Shown: positions 9,479 through 18,404 of the stretch, one piece after another
Position numbering within the stretch: position 1 is the stretch's first letter
How the letters are laid out: each line of letters opens with the position of its first letter
NCBI GenBank assembly: GCA_002215675.1
Contig: NGFH01000003.1
Span: 80,957-144,956 of the forward strand
Direction: 5' to 3'
Length of the DNA stretch: 64,000 nt
Origin: Bacteroidetes bacterium 2013_40CM_41_45
GTDB lineage: Bacteria; Bacteroidota; Bacteroidia; AKYH767-A; 2013-40CM-41-45
Translations under genes and position numbers: made by a program
The notes under the pieces: generated by a model
Told to the model about the DNA's origin: nothing
Database searches by the model: none
The model's input: only the letters and a program-made list of their open reading frames with translations

Positions 9479-9787
9479 TTATATCAATTCGTAAGAGTTG
9501 CCAATAGAGTCAACGTAATAACCACCAAGCAAATTAGATGATTTTTTATAAATAAAGCCAGATGTTTTACCATAGGCGTTATATTTTCTTATAGCATTAT
9601 TAAAATCCGAATAATCCTTTACATCGTTATTGTATTTTTGAATAGGAAAATAAGTATAGTAAAATTTTCCGTATGCATAAGATAGAATTCTTACGTTCCA
9701 CCAACCGCTTAAAGGTTGATTCAAGGATTGTATATCGTCTGAGGATGTATAATTTTTAAATTGGATTGTATCAGTTGAATTATTCAT
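9479..9787 (-). CDS. hypothetical protein
   Basis: 102 aa on the operon strand. Confidence 0.45.
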   Translation of the reverse strand: MNNSTDTIQFKNYTSSDDIQSLNQPLSGWWNVRILSYAYGKFYYTYFPIQKYNNDVKDYSDFNNAIRKYNAYGKTSGFIYKKSSNLLGGYYVDSIGNSYELI

Positions 9788-9805
9788 TTTTTTATTTTAT
9801 CCTTT

Positions 9806-10087
9806 TTACCATTTTATAATTGATTCAAAATTTGAATTTTCACTAGATACCAAAAGATGAAAAATGATTCCTTCATCTGAAGATATACGGTTATATACAG
9901 CCCATTGTATATCTGAGGGCTTTACATTATTCATTAAACCGTGAGAGCGTGGATTGTTACAAATATTTTTCCTTAATTCTTTTGCAACCCTATACAATGA
10001 TTCATCATCTTTTATATAGGTTGACACGAGAGTTATTATATAATGAATTGAATTTTTTAACTTGAGTGATATAAATACGGTTTTCAT
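9806..10087 (-). CDS. hypothetical protein
   Basis: 93 aa on the operon strand. Confidence 0.45.
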   Translation of the reverse strand: MKTVFISLKLKNSIHYIITLVSTYIKDDESLYRVAKELRKNICNNPRSHGLMNNVKPSDIQWAVYNRISSDEGIIFHLLVSSENSNFESIIKW

Positions 10088-10096
10088 TTTTTTATT

Positions 10097-10672
10097 TTAT
10101 CCTTTATTATATAGATTTGTAAAAGGTTGCATAACCGAGTTACTAGAATAATCTTTAACATAATCCTTGCATAATTCCACCCATTCCTGAGGGGCGAAAA
10201 ATGCTCTTTGCGTATAACTAAAATCTTTATTCTGATAATATGCCGCTGTTTGTGCTGGAATCTCTGCGAATAAAACTCGGAATAAATAATCAGGATAATA
10301 TTTTGCTTGTGTTAAAAATGCATTATATTCACCTTGAAAAGTAAAGGGACATCCACAAACTAAATGAGCATAGACATCATGTACCGCTCTGCCTATATTG
10401 TTATCATCATAATTCAAAAATGGATGACCAGTTGACCCGGTGTATATATAGATTTTCTTTTCTGCTATAACACGCTCTCGCATGATTTTAGCGGATTCGT
10501 ATACGTCTGATTCAGTAAAGATAACTTCAAAAGGAATTTGGGCAAATAGATTTTTATTGACCTCAGTTATAACCTTAAAACAATCTGCTAGATAATTAGA
10601 ATTTTCATGAGGCAATTTTCCCTCATGCAAATATTGATAACCGATTAGATTCATAACTTGATTCATTTCCAT
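10097..10672 (-). CDS. hypothetical protein
   Basis: 191 aa on the operon strand. Confidence 0.5.
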   Translation of the reverse strand: MEMNQVMNLIGYQYLHEGKLPHENSNYLADCFKVITEVNKNLFAQIPFEVIFTESDVYESAKIMRERVIAEKKIYIYTGSTGHPFLNYDDNNIGRAVHDVYAHLVCGCPFTFQGEYNAFLTQAKYYPDYLFRVLFAEIPAQTAAYYQNKDFSYTQRAFFAPQEWVELCKDYVKDYSSNSVMQPFTNLYNKG

Positions 10673-10685
10673 TTTAATTCCTTTT

Positions 10686-10898
10686 TTAATGATTCATATA
10701 AGCAGGCTTATTTTCCCCGCTCATAAGTTTGTTAAGGTTGCGGATAACTCCGGGAGACACTTCGCCATGATTAGGTACGCTTAAGGTTGGCTTGCCATTG
10801 CACTTAAAAATACGATGACTCGAACCATTTCCGGGTTGCTCTATGTATCCTTGAGATTCAATCTGTTTTATAAAATCTTTTGTTCTAACCGGCTTCAT
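10686..10898 (-). CDS. hicA: HicA-like mRNA interferase toxin
   Basis: 70 aa. GSSHRIFKCNGKPTLSVPNHGEVSPGVIRNLNKL matches the HicA/YcfA core (GSHH...PHP-type motif). Confidence 0.55.
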   Translation of the reverse strand: MKPVRTKDFIKQIESQGYIEQPGNGSSHRIFKCNGKPTLSVPNHGEVSPGVIRNLNKLMSGENKPAYMNH

Positions 10899-11072
10899 TA
10901 TGTTTTATCCTTATTTGAATATAGATTTTAGATTGTTTCCATTATACCACTTTTAAAATTTTGGCAAGGTTTTTAACCTTAAAAAATCGCCCATAGATTC
11001 TATGCGAATGCGTATAACCATTTCACCTAGTAAAAAAATAGCCTCCCGAACGGGGAGGCTATTTCAAAAAAG

Positions 11073-11276
11073 TTATAAAATCTTTTTTGTTTTTTTATAT
11101 TGTCTTTCATCCACTTCGATTCCATAATGGCCGATTAATGGACTATAACCAGAGCGACAACGAATCCCGGACTCTTTCAATAGTTGCATGGCATAAGATT
11201 TGCTCATACCACCTTCCGATGATTTTAAGCAGTTAATCGTTATCCAATTTTTAACAATAACCTTTTTGTTTTTCAT
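11073..11276 (-). CDS. hypothetical protein
   Basis: 67 aa on the operon strand. Confidence 0.4.
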   Translation of the reverse strand: MKNKKVIVKNWITINCLKSSEGGMSKSYAMQLLKESGIRCRSGYSPLIGHYGIEVDERQYKKTKKIL

Positions 11277-11451
11277 CGGATTATTTTACCGCTTGATAAT
11301 TGTGCAATGCGTTAACGTATGCAATGCGATTCGATTCACTATGATTCTTACGATAGTTTTTTAGAGCATTGACCATTGCAGAATAATAGATTTGTTTTGT
11401 TGACATTTTTACCTTTTTATAAATGGCATGTAACGAACATGCAATCGGGAA

Positions 11452-11643
11452 TCAATCTTCGGTTATTTCATAACTAGATTTGAATTTCTCAGGATGTTTT
11501 GATTCCTTAAACATAAGCCTGAGTCCATCTTGCAAGCAGATTGTTTTTAGTTTTGGATTTGATTCTTTTGCTTGCTTGATTATTGTATCTGTTTTTATAT
11601 CAGTAAAAAACTTTTGCTTACAATCGGGGCAAATTCTTAACAC
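11452..11643 (-). CDS. hypothetical protein with CPDC zinc-finger-like start
   Basis: 63 aa. Preferred over the overlapping plus-strand ORF 11480..11683. Confidence 0.4.
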   Translation of the reverse strand: MLRICPDCKQKFFTDIKTDTIIKQAKESNPKLKTICLQDGLRLMFKESKHPEKFKSSYEITED

Positions 11644-11702
11644 TGGTTTTATACCTCCATTCTTTCTATATAAGTCTTATTAGTGGCAATAAATATTTTT
11701 TA

Positions 11703-11930
11703 TTATTCGTTATCCGCTGGTATCCATTTATTACCATTTTTTACTAACACTTGAAAAGAATGAAAATACCATCCTCGCCCGTTTTTATCACCCGCCCACC
11801 CTCTATTTTTTTCTTCATCCCATTGTGAAACTATAAAAATTTCGCCTGAGTTATCAGAATAATCAGAAGTAAATTTTATTTTACTTCCATTTTTAATTAT
11901 AACCATTTTATTATCTCCAGTTATTGCCAC
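11703..11930 (-). CDS. hypothetical protein
   Basis: 75 aa on the operon strand. Confidence 0.45.
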   Translation of the reverse strand: MAITGDNKMVIIKNGSKIKFTSDYSDNSGEIFIVSQWDEEKNRGWAGDKNGRGWYFHSFQVLVKNGNKWIPADNE

Positions 11931-11989
11931 TGGTAAAACTTATATAATTTTTTATTCATTCATTGTTAGAATAAACAAGCGATAGATTA

Positions 11990-12283
11990 TTATTTGCTTA
12001 AACGTTTTGCCATTGATTCTTTGATTGACTCGTAATTATCCCATGAATTAAACATAGAACATAGAGTCATTGCTTCAGATTCTTCGGGTTTGATTCCGAG
12101 TCTCTCTTCGTTATACCATTTAACCCATTCCTGAGATTGCAATCCGTAAGTAGTGGGGTAGTAACCAGTCTCACCAAATTTAACCACTCCAATTTCCGCA
12201 ACAAATTCACCATCATTATTTTTTGTTTGAGTCGAAATGTTATACATCATACATCTTTCGGGATTCATTTTTAACTTTTCCAT
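11990..12283 (-). CDS. hypothetical protein
   Basis: 97 aa on the operon strand. Confidence 0.45.
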   Translation of the reverse strand: MEKLKMNPERCMMYNISTQTKNNDGEFVAEIGVVKFGETGYYPTTYGLQSQEWVKWYNEERLGIKPEESEAMTLCSMFNSWDNYESIKESMAKRLSK

Positions 12284-12356
12284 TCTGCTTGTTTACTCTG
12301 GCAATGAATAAATAATATATTTTTACCGATTGTTAGAATAGACAAACTATATTTAT

Positions 12357-12728
12357 TTATTCTGCGATTAATTTTTGTAATGCTTTTAAAAATCTTTTAG
12401 ATACTCCGGACTTATTTAATTTCATTTCGCCATGTATCAAGGCTGAATAACCACCAACACTGTTTGAGTCTGTCCCCCATACACTCCCGGCTGAAGTTGT
12501 CGGAAGTTGTCGGATTATGTCAACGTCATATTCTGCTTTGATATAAGCCTCTTTATTGTTTGCCTCAAAAGTTTTTGTTAGAGTGATGATATTTTCGTGA
12601 ATGTTGATTCTCACGTTCGCCATTTTGCAATACATAAAAAAGGCTTTTACATCTACAATTATCATTATAGACTCTCTTTTCTTTTGTCTATTCTGGCAAT
12701 CGGTAAAAATATTATTGTAATCTTGCAA
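12357..12728 (-). CDS. hypothetical protein (first gene of leftward block)
   Basis: 123 aa. Confidence 0.5.
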   Translation of the reverse strand: MQDYNNIFTDCQNRQKKRESIMIIVDVKAFFMYCKMANVRINIHENIITLTKTFEANNKEAYIKAEYDVDIIRQLPTTSAGSVWGTDSNSVGGYSALIHGEMKLNKSGVSKRFLKALQKLIAE

Positions 12729-12783
12729 ATTCGCCCGCCGGGTCTACCGGACAATTCGTAAGATATTGTTATGTATACAGTTA

Positions 12784-12810
12784 TTATACAGATAACAAGC
12801 GAAGAGTCAA
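12784..12810 (-). promoter_or_regulatory. candidate leftward promoter (TTGACT-N15-TATAAT on the minus strand)
   Basis: Reverse complement of 12784-12789 is TATAAT. Reverse complement of 12805-12810 is TTGACT. Confidence 0.4.
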
Positions 12811-12979
12811 GGTCTGAGAGATAGCAATTTTAAAACTATGACTATGCGCTTTTCTCAAAATAAAGGGGTATAGAGCGAAGCAACCTCGATTCCATAGTCT
12901 GATACCTTTTTGATTTTTTAGAGGCATTATGCCACTTGAAAATTGAAGCAGTTTTTTAGTAGGAATCGGAAAATAAATC

Positions 12980-13009
12980 TTGACAAAATAAAAACAACTA
13001 TGATACAAT
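12980..13009 (+). promoter_or_regulatory. rightward promoter TTGACA-N18-TGaTACAAT
   Basis: TTGACA at 12980-12985 and TACAAT at 13004-13009. Confidence 0.5.
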
Positions 13010-13153
13010 TATATTCTTAAAATTTGAAAAATGATAGCTATACGCTTAATTGTATCAAATCGAAATTTTAATTGTGTGATTTTTTTAAATCTTAAAAAAT
13101 GTTTTTGCTATTGACAAATTTTATATTATGTGATGATGAATTTTTAAAATCAC

Positions 13154-13182
13154 TTGACCTCTTAATTGTAATGTGATACAAT
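13154..13182 (+). promoter_or_regulatory. rightward promoter TTGACC-N17-TGaTACAAT
   Basis: TTGACC at 13154-13159 and TACAAT at 13177-13182. A TAATTGTA repeat overlaps it. Confidence 0.5.
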
Positions 13183-13222
13183 TACGTCACGTATAAAAGT
13201 TTTTTACAAGTGAGGTCATACA

Positions 13223-13486
13223 ATGAAATTGAATGGGCGTTTTTATATTGAAGATGAAAAAGACTCTTCAGGTTATTGGAATCTTGTTGACACAATAGAT
13301 GGTACATTAATCGGATTCAAAAAGAAAAGCGACGCAAAAGAATCCTTAACGTTTGCTAGACAATATGTTAAACGTCATGGTGATATTGATTTTTTATCAT
13401 TCCCTTATTCAATAGATACTCCCCTCCATTATGAATCATATAATGGGCGGGAACGAATCCAAATAGAGGACAAAATAAAATCATGA
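13223..13486 (+). CDS. hypothetical protein
   Basis: 87 aa. The RBS is GTGAGG. Confidence 0.5.
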   Translation: MKLNGRFYIEDEKDSSGYWNLVDTIDGTLIGFKKKSDAKESLTFARQYVKRHGDIDFLSFPYSIDTPLHYESYNGRERIQIEDKIKS

Positions 13487-14001
13487 ATGAAACACAAAAT
13501 AAAAATAATCTATTACAACTAAAAATAATTGAAGAGACTCATAGGTGGTATGAAGAGGCTTGCACAATATATAATCTTAATATGAATCTTGTATCTGATT
13601 TGAAAATTGATTTTAATCTAAAAAATTCTACCGCTGGCATTGCATATTCTATCCAAAACAAAATAGAGTATAATTTAATTCTTGCCTCTCAAAATGAAGA
13701 CGCTTTTATTAAGCGAACGATTCCCCATGAGGTCATGCATTTAGTAGCAAATAAAATTTACAAAAGGAATGTCGGCCATAAAAAAGAATGGGCGCAAGTT
13801 ATGACAAGACTCGGGTTAACTCCCTCGCGTTGCCATACTTACGAATTAAAAAATTTAAGCAGAAAATTTTATAAATATAATTGTGGATGTAATGCGCCTC
13901 ATGAGGTTGGAATCAATCTTCACAAAAAAATGCAAGCGGGCGACATGAGAAAATGTTCTATCTGCAAGGAATATCTAAATTTTGATTCTGCTATAGATTA
14001 G
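13483..14001 (+). CDS. SprT-like zinc metalloprotease
   Basis: HEVMH...GHKKEW (HExxH plus a downstream His) and a C-terminal CGC...CSIC zinc ribbon. Confidence 0.65.
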   Translation: MNETQNKNNLLQLKIIEETHRWYEEACTIYNLNMNLVSDLKIDFNLKNSTAGIAYSIQNKIEYNLILASQNEDAFIKRTIPHEVMHLVANKIYKRNVGHKKEWAQVMTRLGLTPSRCHTYELKNLSRKFYKYNCGCNAPHEVGINLHKKMQAGDMRKCSICKEYLNFDSAID

Positions 14002-14042
14002 GAAACTCCCATTAAGGAATAATTGACATAATCCTTGACCCA

Positions 14043-14071
14043 TGATATAATCACTCAAACATAATCCAAAA
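14043..14071 (+). promoter_or_regulatory. sigma70-type promoter TTGACA-N17-TGaTATAAT
   Basis: TTGACA at 14043-14048 and TATAAT at 14066-14071. Confidence 0.6.
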
Positions 14072-14079
14072 AGGAAAAA

Positions 14080-14604
14080 ATGACAAATAAAACCCCACTT
14101 CCCCCAACCCATACAAGTTTTGATTCTGCTTATGTTATCGAATCCTATCCATACGGAAGACTCAGGACTCAAATGAAAGTATGGATAGAAACGAAAAAAA
14201 ATAAAGGTCAACGAGTCGTTTCTTGCACGTTGAATCCAAAAAACGGGCAATGGAATAAACCTCACGCTGGAACATATGATGATATGAAGGTTTTATATAT
14301 TGATAACTCAGATGGTCATATTCACAATGATGGTATTCACGAATATAACGCACTCGAAAAAGCAGAATCATTTTTAAATGAATATGAAGAGGTATTAACA
14401 TTGGCACAACGAGACAAATTAACACGCTGGTATGCCTCAAATATTGTACAAGAGATTAAGGGAATTCGCTTAATGACAGATGGTAGACAAAAATTTTATG
14501 AAGCTTTAATTTTGCAATTGAAAGAATTTAATAGAAGTGATTTAATTGACCCATATATGGAAATTATGGCAAGTGGTAAGGTCACAATTATCAGTCACGA
14601 ATAA
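14080..14604 (+). CDS. hypothetical protein
   Basis: 174 aa, immediately after the promoter. Confidence 0.55.
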   Translation: MTNKTPLPPTHTSFDSAYVIESYPYGRLRTQMKVWIETKKNKGQRVVSCTLNPKNGQWNKPHAGTYDDMKVLYIDNSDGHIHNDGIHEYNALEKAESFLNEYEEVLTLAQRDKLTRWYASNIVQEIKGIRLMTDGRQKFYEALILQLKEFNRSDLIDPYMEIMASGKVTIISHE

Positions 14605-14715
14605 ATGAATAAGGGGGGATTAATAAAAGCCTCTAATTTAATACTATTGGCGGCTTTTATTAATCTGAATATTAAATATTGGCGGTTTATACTGCCCACA
14701 ATTGGAGATAATAAA

Positions 14716-14922
14716 ATGTCTGACCTAAAATTTGTTACAATCCAAACAAAAAATCATGATGATAGAAATGTCACTCTCTCATATGGTGGCAATGGTGCAT
14801 GGAATGAAGTTAAATTACTTGGCGAATTGGCACATGGTACGCAAATTGTGATTAACCAAAAATTAGTGGATGACCTACAAAAAATTGTTGACTTTTATAA
14901 GGAATCAGAAAATGAATTATAA
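14716..14922 (+). CDS. hypothetical protein (start re-set to MSDLKF, RBS TGGAGA)
   Basis: The upstream part of ORF 14605 contains a hairpin and no RBS. Confidence 0.45.
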   Translation: MSDLKFVTIQTKNHDDRNVTLSYGGNGAWNEVKLLGELAHGTQIVINQKLVDDLQKIVDFYKESENEL

Positions 14923-15211
14923 TAATAACAAGTTTGCTTATGTGGTAAATTGGCAGGATGTAAACGGAAAATATTATAGTGATGAAATTGTAAGAATCGG
15001 ATTTTATGAATCAATGGGCGAACGTTCATGGGTGCATGAATGGAATAATATTGAAAATGGATTAGAGTATTTTTTGTATCATCTTCCAAAAATTAACACC
15101 ATAGTTTATAAATTAAGAGAATATTCTCTAGCAGTATTGAGAAGTGATTATATTATAATTCCTGATAGTAAGTTAATTGAAAATGCAATTGAAATTAAAA
15201 AAATACTATAA
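14912..15211 (+). CDS. hypothetical protein (start re-set to MNYNNNKF)
   Basis: RBS AAGGAA lies 7 nt upstream. Confidence 0.45.
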   Translation: MNYNNNKFAYVVNWQDVNGKYYSDEIVRIGFYESMGERSWVHEWNNIENGLEYFLYHLPKINTIVYKLREYSLAVLRSDYIIIPDSKLIENAIEIKKIL

Positions 15212-15249
15212 TAAAATCATCATTTCATTAAGCATTGGAGGCTTATACT

Positions 15250-15663
15250 ATGATAATAGTCAAGGTGGATGGTCAAGCACGTGCAAAACGTTTAAAAAAT
15301 AATGACCCTGTTTTATTTGGCAATAAATGGTATAATACAGAAGGGTTGGCGAAAGATATTAAGGCAGATGAATCCTTTTGTTATAATGGATACTGGTATA
15401 CGGCTGAAAAAATTATGTCATTACAAGATGAATTTATTAATACTAGTATTGAAGTAGAATATATCACATATATTTATCAAGGTAAAGGTAAAGATGAAGG
15501 TGAACAATTATCAATCTATTATGATGGTCGTGGACTTGGTTGGCATTCGTGGCTTTTTGGTAGAGGTGATATAACAGGCGGCATGAATGTCGACGATGTT
15601 AAGAATGAAACAGAAAAGAAACTCGGAATCAAAATAACTAACCTCGAATATTTTCAATATTAA
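15250..15663 (+). CDS. hypothetical protein
   Basis: RBS GGAGG 8 nt upstream of ATG 15250. The track start at 15235 is a TTG. Confidence 0.5.
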   Translation: MIIVKVDGQARAKRLKNNDPVLFGNKWYNTEGLAKDIKADESFCYNGYWYTAEKIMSLQDEFINTSIEVEYITYIYQGKGKDEGEQLSIYYDGRGLGWHSWLFGRGDITGGMNVDDVKNETEKKLGIKITNLEYFQY

Positions 15664-15681
15664 CGAATGGGAGATTATACC

Positions 15682-15906
15682 ATGATAGAATGGACTGAAG
15701 CTTATAATATTCATCGTGCCAAGATAGGCAGTACATTAACTCTTATTTGCGAATGGGAATCTGGCGGTTATAAAGTTATGGCGGCTGGCGGAGTGCGAAT
15801 AAATAAATTGATTAATCTCGTTCCAAATTTGGATGAAGCAAAAAGAAAGACAATAAAACTTGGCAAGAAAACTCTTGAAGAATCATTAAAAATAATTGAC
15901 TCTTAA
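15682..15906 (+). CDS. hypothetical small protein upstream of the Fic-like gene (possible antitoxin partner)
   Basis: RBS GGGAGA precedes it. 75 aa. Confidence 0.45.
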   Translation: MIEWTEAYNIHRAKIGSTLTLICEWESGGYKVMAAGGVRINKLINLVPNLDEAKRKTIKLGKKTLEESLKIIDS

Positions 15907-15924
15907 TCAATGGGAGATTTTAAA

Positions 15925-16347
15925 ATGTCAAAAGTTACAGAATTTTGTATTGCAGAATGCGAACGCCAAAATGATTTAACTACTGAAGCGGTTGCTGGAA
16001 TGGTAGAAGCATGGTATTATGCAATGCCAATGAATGAGAACAATATTAACGAAGTTGTTATTGAAATAATCGCCCATATGATTAAGCCTGAAAATAATGC
16101 GAAGGGTTATAGAAATACACCCGTTATTTTTTCTAATGGCGAGTCTGGATTATCTTATTTAATCATTGGCCGCGCTATGGAAAATCTTATTGATAATATT
16201 CGCTATATGACGCCTCTTAATTTTTATAAAGAATTTGAATTGATACATCCATTTGAGGATGGTAATGGAAGAATCGGAGCAATCCTTTATAATGTATTGA
16301 CTGGTACAATGGGTGACCCTCAGATTCCACCAAATATATTTGATTAA
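15925..16347 (+). CDS. Fic/Doc family protein (HPFxDGNGR motif)
   Basis: HPFEDGNGRIGAILY matches the Fic core HxFx(D/E)GNGRxxR. 141 aa. RBS GGGAGA. Confidence 0.7.
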   Translation: MSKVTEFCIAECERQNDLTTEAVAGMVEAWYYAMPMNENNINEVVIEIIAHMIKPENNAKGYRNTPVIFSNGESGLSYLIIGRAMENLIDNIRYMTPLNFYKEFELIHPFEDGNGRIGAILYNVLTGTMGDPQIPPNIFD

Positions 16348-16366
16348 TCAATGGGCGTTTTGGCTA

Positions 16367-16395
16367 TTGACAAATAAAAGAATTTAGTTTATAAT
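16367..16395 (+). promoter_or_regulatory. sigma70-type promoter TTGACA-N17-TATAAT
   Basis: TTGACA at 16367-16372 and TATAAT at 16390-16395. Confidence 0.55.
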
Positions 16396-16504
16396 TATAT
16401 TACGCTCGAATAAATAAACAATGTCGGATGCTAAAAAGATATGGCTTAAAATTGGATTGTCATAGTCCACCGAAGCGTAAAAAAATTTTTATCATGAGGT
16501 AAAA

Positions 16505-16606
16505 ATGGCAAAATTCAAGAATAAAGAAAAGCAAAAGACAATTCAACGTAAACAGGAACGCAAGCAAAAAGAGATTAAGCTTAATCCTAAAATGCCAAAA
16601 GAATAA
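16505..16606 (+). CDS. small lysine-rich peptide (33 aa, MAKFKNKEKQKTIQRKQERKQKEIKLNPKMPKE)
   Basis: RBS GAGGTAAAA precedes the ATG. Below the ORF-track length cutoff. Confidence 0.3.
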   Translation: MAKFKNKEKQKTIQRKQERKQKEIKLNPKMPKE

Positions 16607-16671
16607 TTATTTTTATTTTATTGAATAAAATTTATATAGGGGTTTGCAATTATTGAAAGTTTATTAAAGCA

Positions 16672-17028
16672 ATGGTCGCTCATACTGATTTGAAAAGGAT
16701 AAACAAAATGATTCAATCAATGCTTTTATCAAATAAAGAATTTAATAGTGATGGTTTTAATCATGGTGATTTTCACAGATTTTTACGTCAATATAAGTCA
16801 GTTGTTGATTCTGAATTGTTGGATACAACTTCAACCGGTGGAGACTGGTCTGGATTTATTCAACAAAAATTAAATGGAACATATTATATTATTACATTTT
16901 TTCAATATCATGCAAATGGTGGCTGGAATGCTCCCCTAGTTTGTGAAACTGGAAGTATTTTAGCAAGTGGAAAAGAAAAATTTACTCGTGAAGATGTATA
17001 CAGTATTTGGAATGAAACGCTAGAATAA
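16672..17028 (+). CDS. hypothetical protein
   Basis: 118 aa. Confidence 0.5.
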   Translation: MVAHTDLKRINKMIQSMLLSNKEFNSDGFNHGDFHRFLRQYKSVVDSELLDTTSTGGDWSGFIQQKLNGTYYIITFFQYHANGGWNAPLVCETGSILASGKEKFTREDVYSIWNETLE

Positions 17029-17081
17029 CATTGTAATTAATGGCGGCTCATGGTATAATAAAATTATGGAGATAAAATAAA

Positions 17082-17240
17082 ATGACAAGAGAAGATGCAT
17101 TGTATAAAGCTCGAAAAATTAAAAATCGTTTTGGTGGTTGGACAATTGACTGGTATTATAAACTATTGACAAAATATAATTTATGGCCTCAAGAAAATAC
17201 CGAAACAATTCGTAAAGAAAACATGTATCATCTTATCTAA
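17082..17240 (+). CDS. small hypothetical protein (52 aa)
   Basis: RBS TGGAGATAAAATAAAATG. Not in the ORF track. Confidence 0.35.
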   Translation: MTREDALYKARKIKNRFGGWTIDWYYKLLTKYNLWPQENTETIRKENMYHLI

Positions 17241-17272
17241 TAAAATGAACCTTTTATAAAGGAATGGTGAAA

Positions 17273-17470
17273 ATGATTACTACTCAAAAAGAAATACGTG
17301 AAAATTTTTGGCAAGAATATCCTGAAGCAGATAGGCGTAAGATTAAGAATTATGCTGGAGATGGTCTTATGTATAAAACTGATACTCGTGTTTTATTTGT
17401 TGACTATGTAGATTATTTACAAAAGTCCGGTGAAATTTCTGAAGCATTGGCGCAACGTGTAACATTATAA
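17273..17470 (+). CDS. hypothetical protein (start MITTQKE)
   Basis: Preceded by TTTTATAAAGGA. Confidence 0.45.
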   Translation: MITTQKEIRENFWQEYPEADRRKIKNYAGDGLMYKTDTRVLFVDYVDYLQKSGEISEALAQRVTL

Positions 17471-17487
17471 AAAGGATAAAAATAATA

Positions 17488-17808
17488 ATGGATAATCTCA
17501 CTCTCGGACAACAAAAAGATTTTAAGAAAAAATTGCGTGATGCATTTAGTGTATTAAGAAAACATGGTTATTTTGCTAGACAAAATTTTTGGTGTTGTCA
17601 ATCGTGTGCTTGTGCTGATATTCCTGAAGAAGCAGAAAACTATGTTTTTTATCATAATCAAGATAATCAAAATATTCCTTCAGGTAAAATTCATCTTGCA
17701 TGGGATGGAGATGGTAATAAAATTACTGCGGCCTTAACATTGGCTGGTCTTGAATGGGAGTGGGATTATAGCAAAGGTCAAAGAATCAAAGCAATATATG
17801 TAAATTAA
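17488..17808 (+). CDS. hypothetical protein (CCQSCAC motif)
   Basis: 106 aa. Confidence 0.5.
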   Translation: MDNLTLGQQKDFKKKLRDAFSVLRKHGYFARQNFWCCQSCACADIPEEAENYVFYHNQDNQNIPSGKIHLAWDGDGNKITAALTLAGLEWEWDYSKGQRIKAIYVN

Positions 17809-17941
17809 TCTACATGCATTATATAGAATCGCTCACAGAATGATTGTGGACGATTTTATATATTAATGGTTGCTCATGTTGGTTTGAAATTATGTGTTGA
17901 AATTTAGTGGTAAATATTGGCGAAATTGCCCATTGTAGGAC

Positions 17942-17970
17942 TTGACTCTTTTGTTATCATGATGTATAAT
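17942..17970 (+). promoter_or_regulatory. sigma70-type promoter TTGACT-N17-TATAAT
   Basis: TTGACT at 17942-17947 and TATAAT at 17965-17970. Confidence 0.55.
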
Positions 17971-17992
17971 TATTATATCAATGGAGATAAAA

Positions 17993-18241
17993 ATGAATTA
18001 CTATTTGTTTGACCGTCTTTCTAATCGTCACAAGTGGCAAATTATAGGCTCATGGAATGATGTTAAATTTTTAGAGCATTTCAAAAATGTTCAATTAAAT
18101 ATATTTGAAAGATGGGAAAAGAAAAATAAATTTCCCGATTATCAATTAGGAATAATTGAATCAGATGAAATAATTAATCATGATAGCACTTTGCCAGTCA
18201 ATTATAATATGACATATGTTTTATTATTCAAAAACAATTGA
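17993..18241 (+). CDS. hypothetical protein
   Basis: RBS TGGAGA. 82 aa. Confidence 0.45.
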   Translation: MNYYLFDRLSNRHKWQIIGSWNDVKFLEHFKNVQLNIFERWEKKNKFPDYQLGIIESDEIINHDSTLPVNYNMTYVLLFKNN

Positions 18242-18404
18242 GGAAAAATAAAATGTGGATAACAAAAGTATTTAAAACAAAAGTGGCAATGGAAAAGTTT
18301 ATTAATAAGAATGCTGGTAAAATTTAGTGGGTTGAAATTTTTATCAATAATGCTTATGGCATTGAATATCGTAAATTAATTCGTGTTTATTAATAAGGAA
18401 AATA

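Noticed and set aside
12784-13008. Minus-strand ORF (74 aa) in the divergent control region
   Set aside because: It sits on top of three promoters and has no RBS. It is more likely non-coding regulatory DNA.
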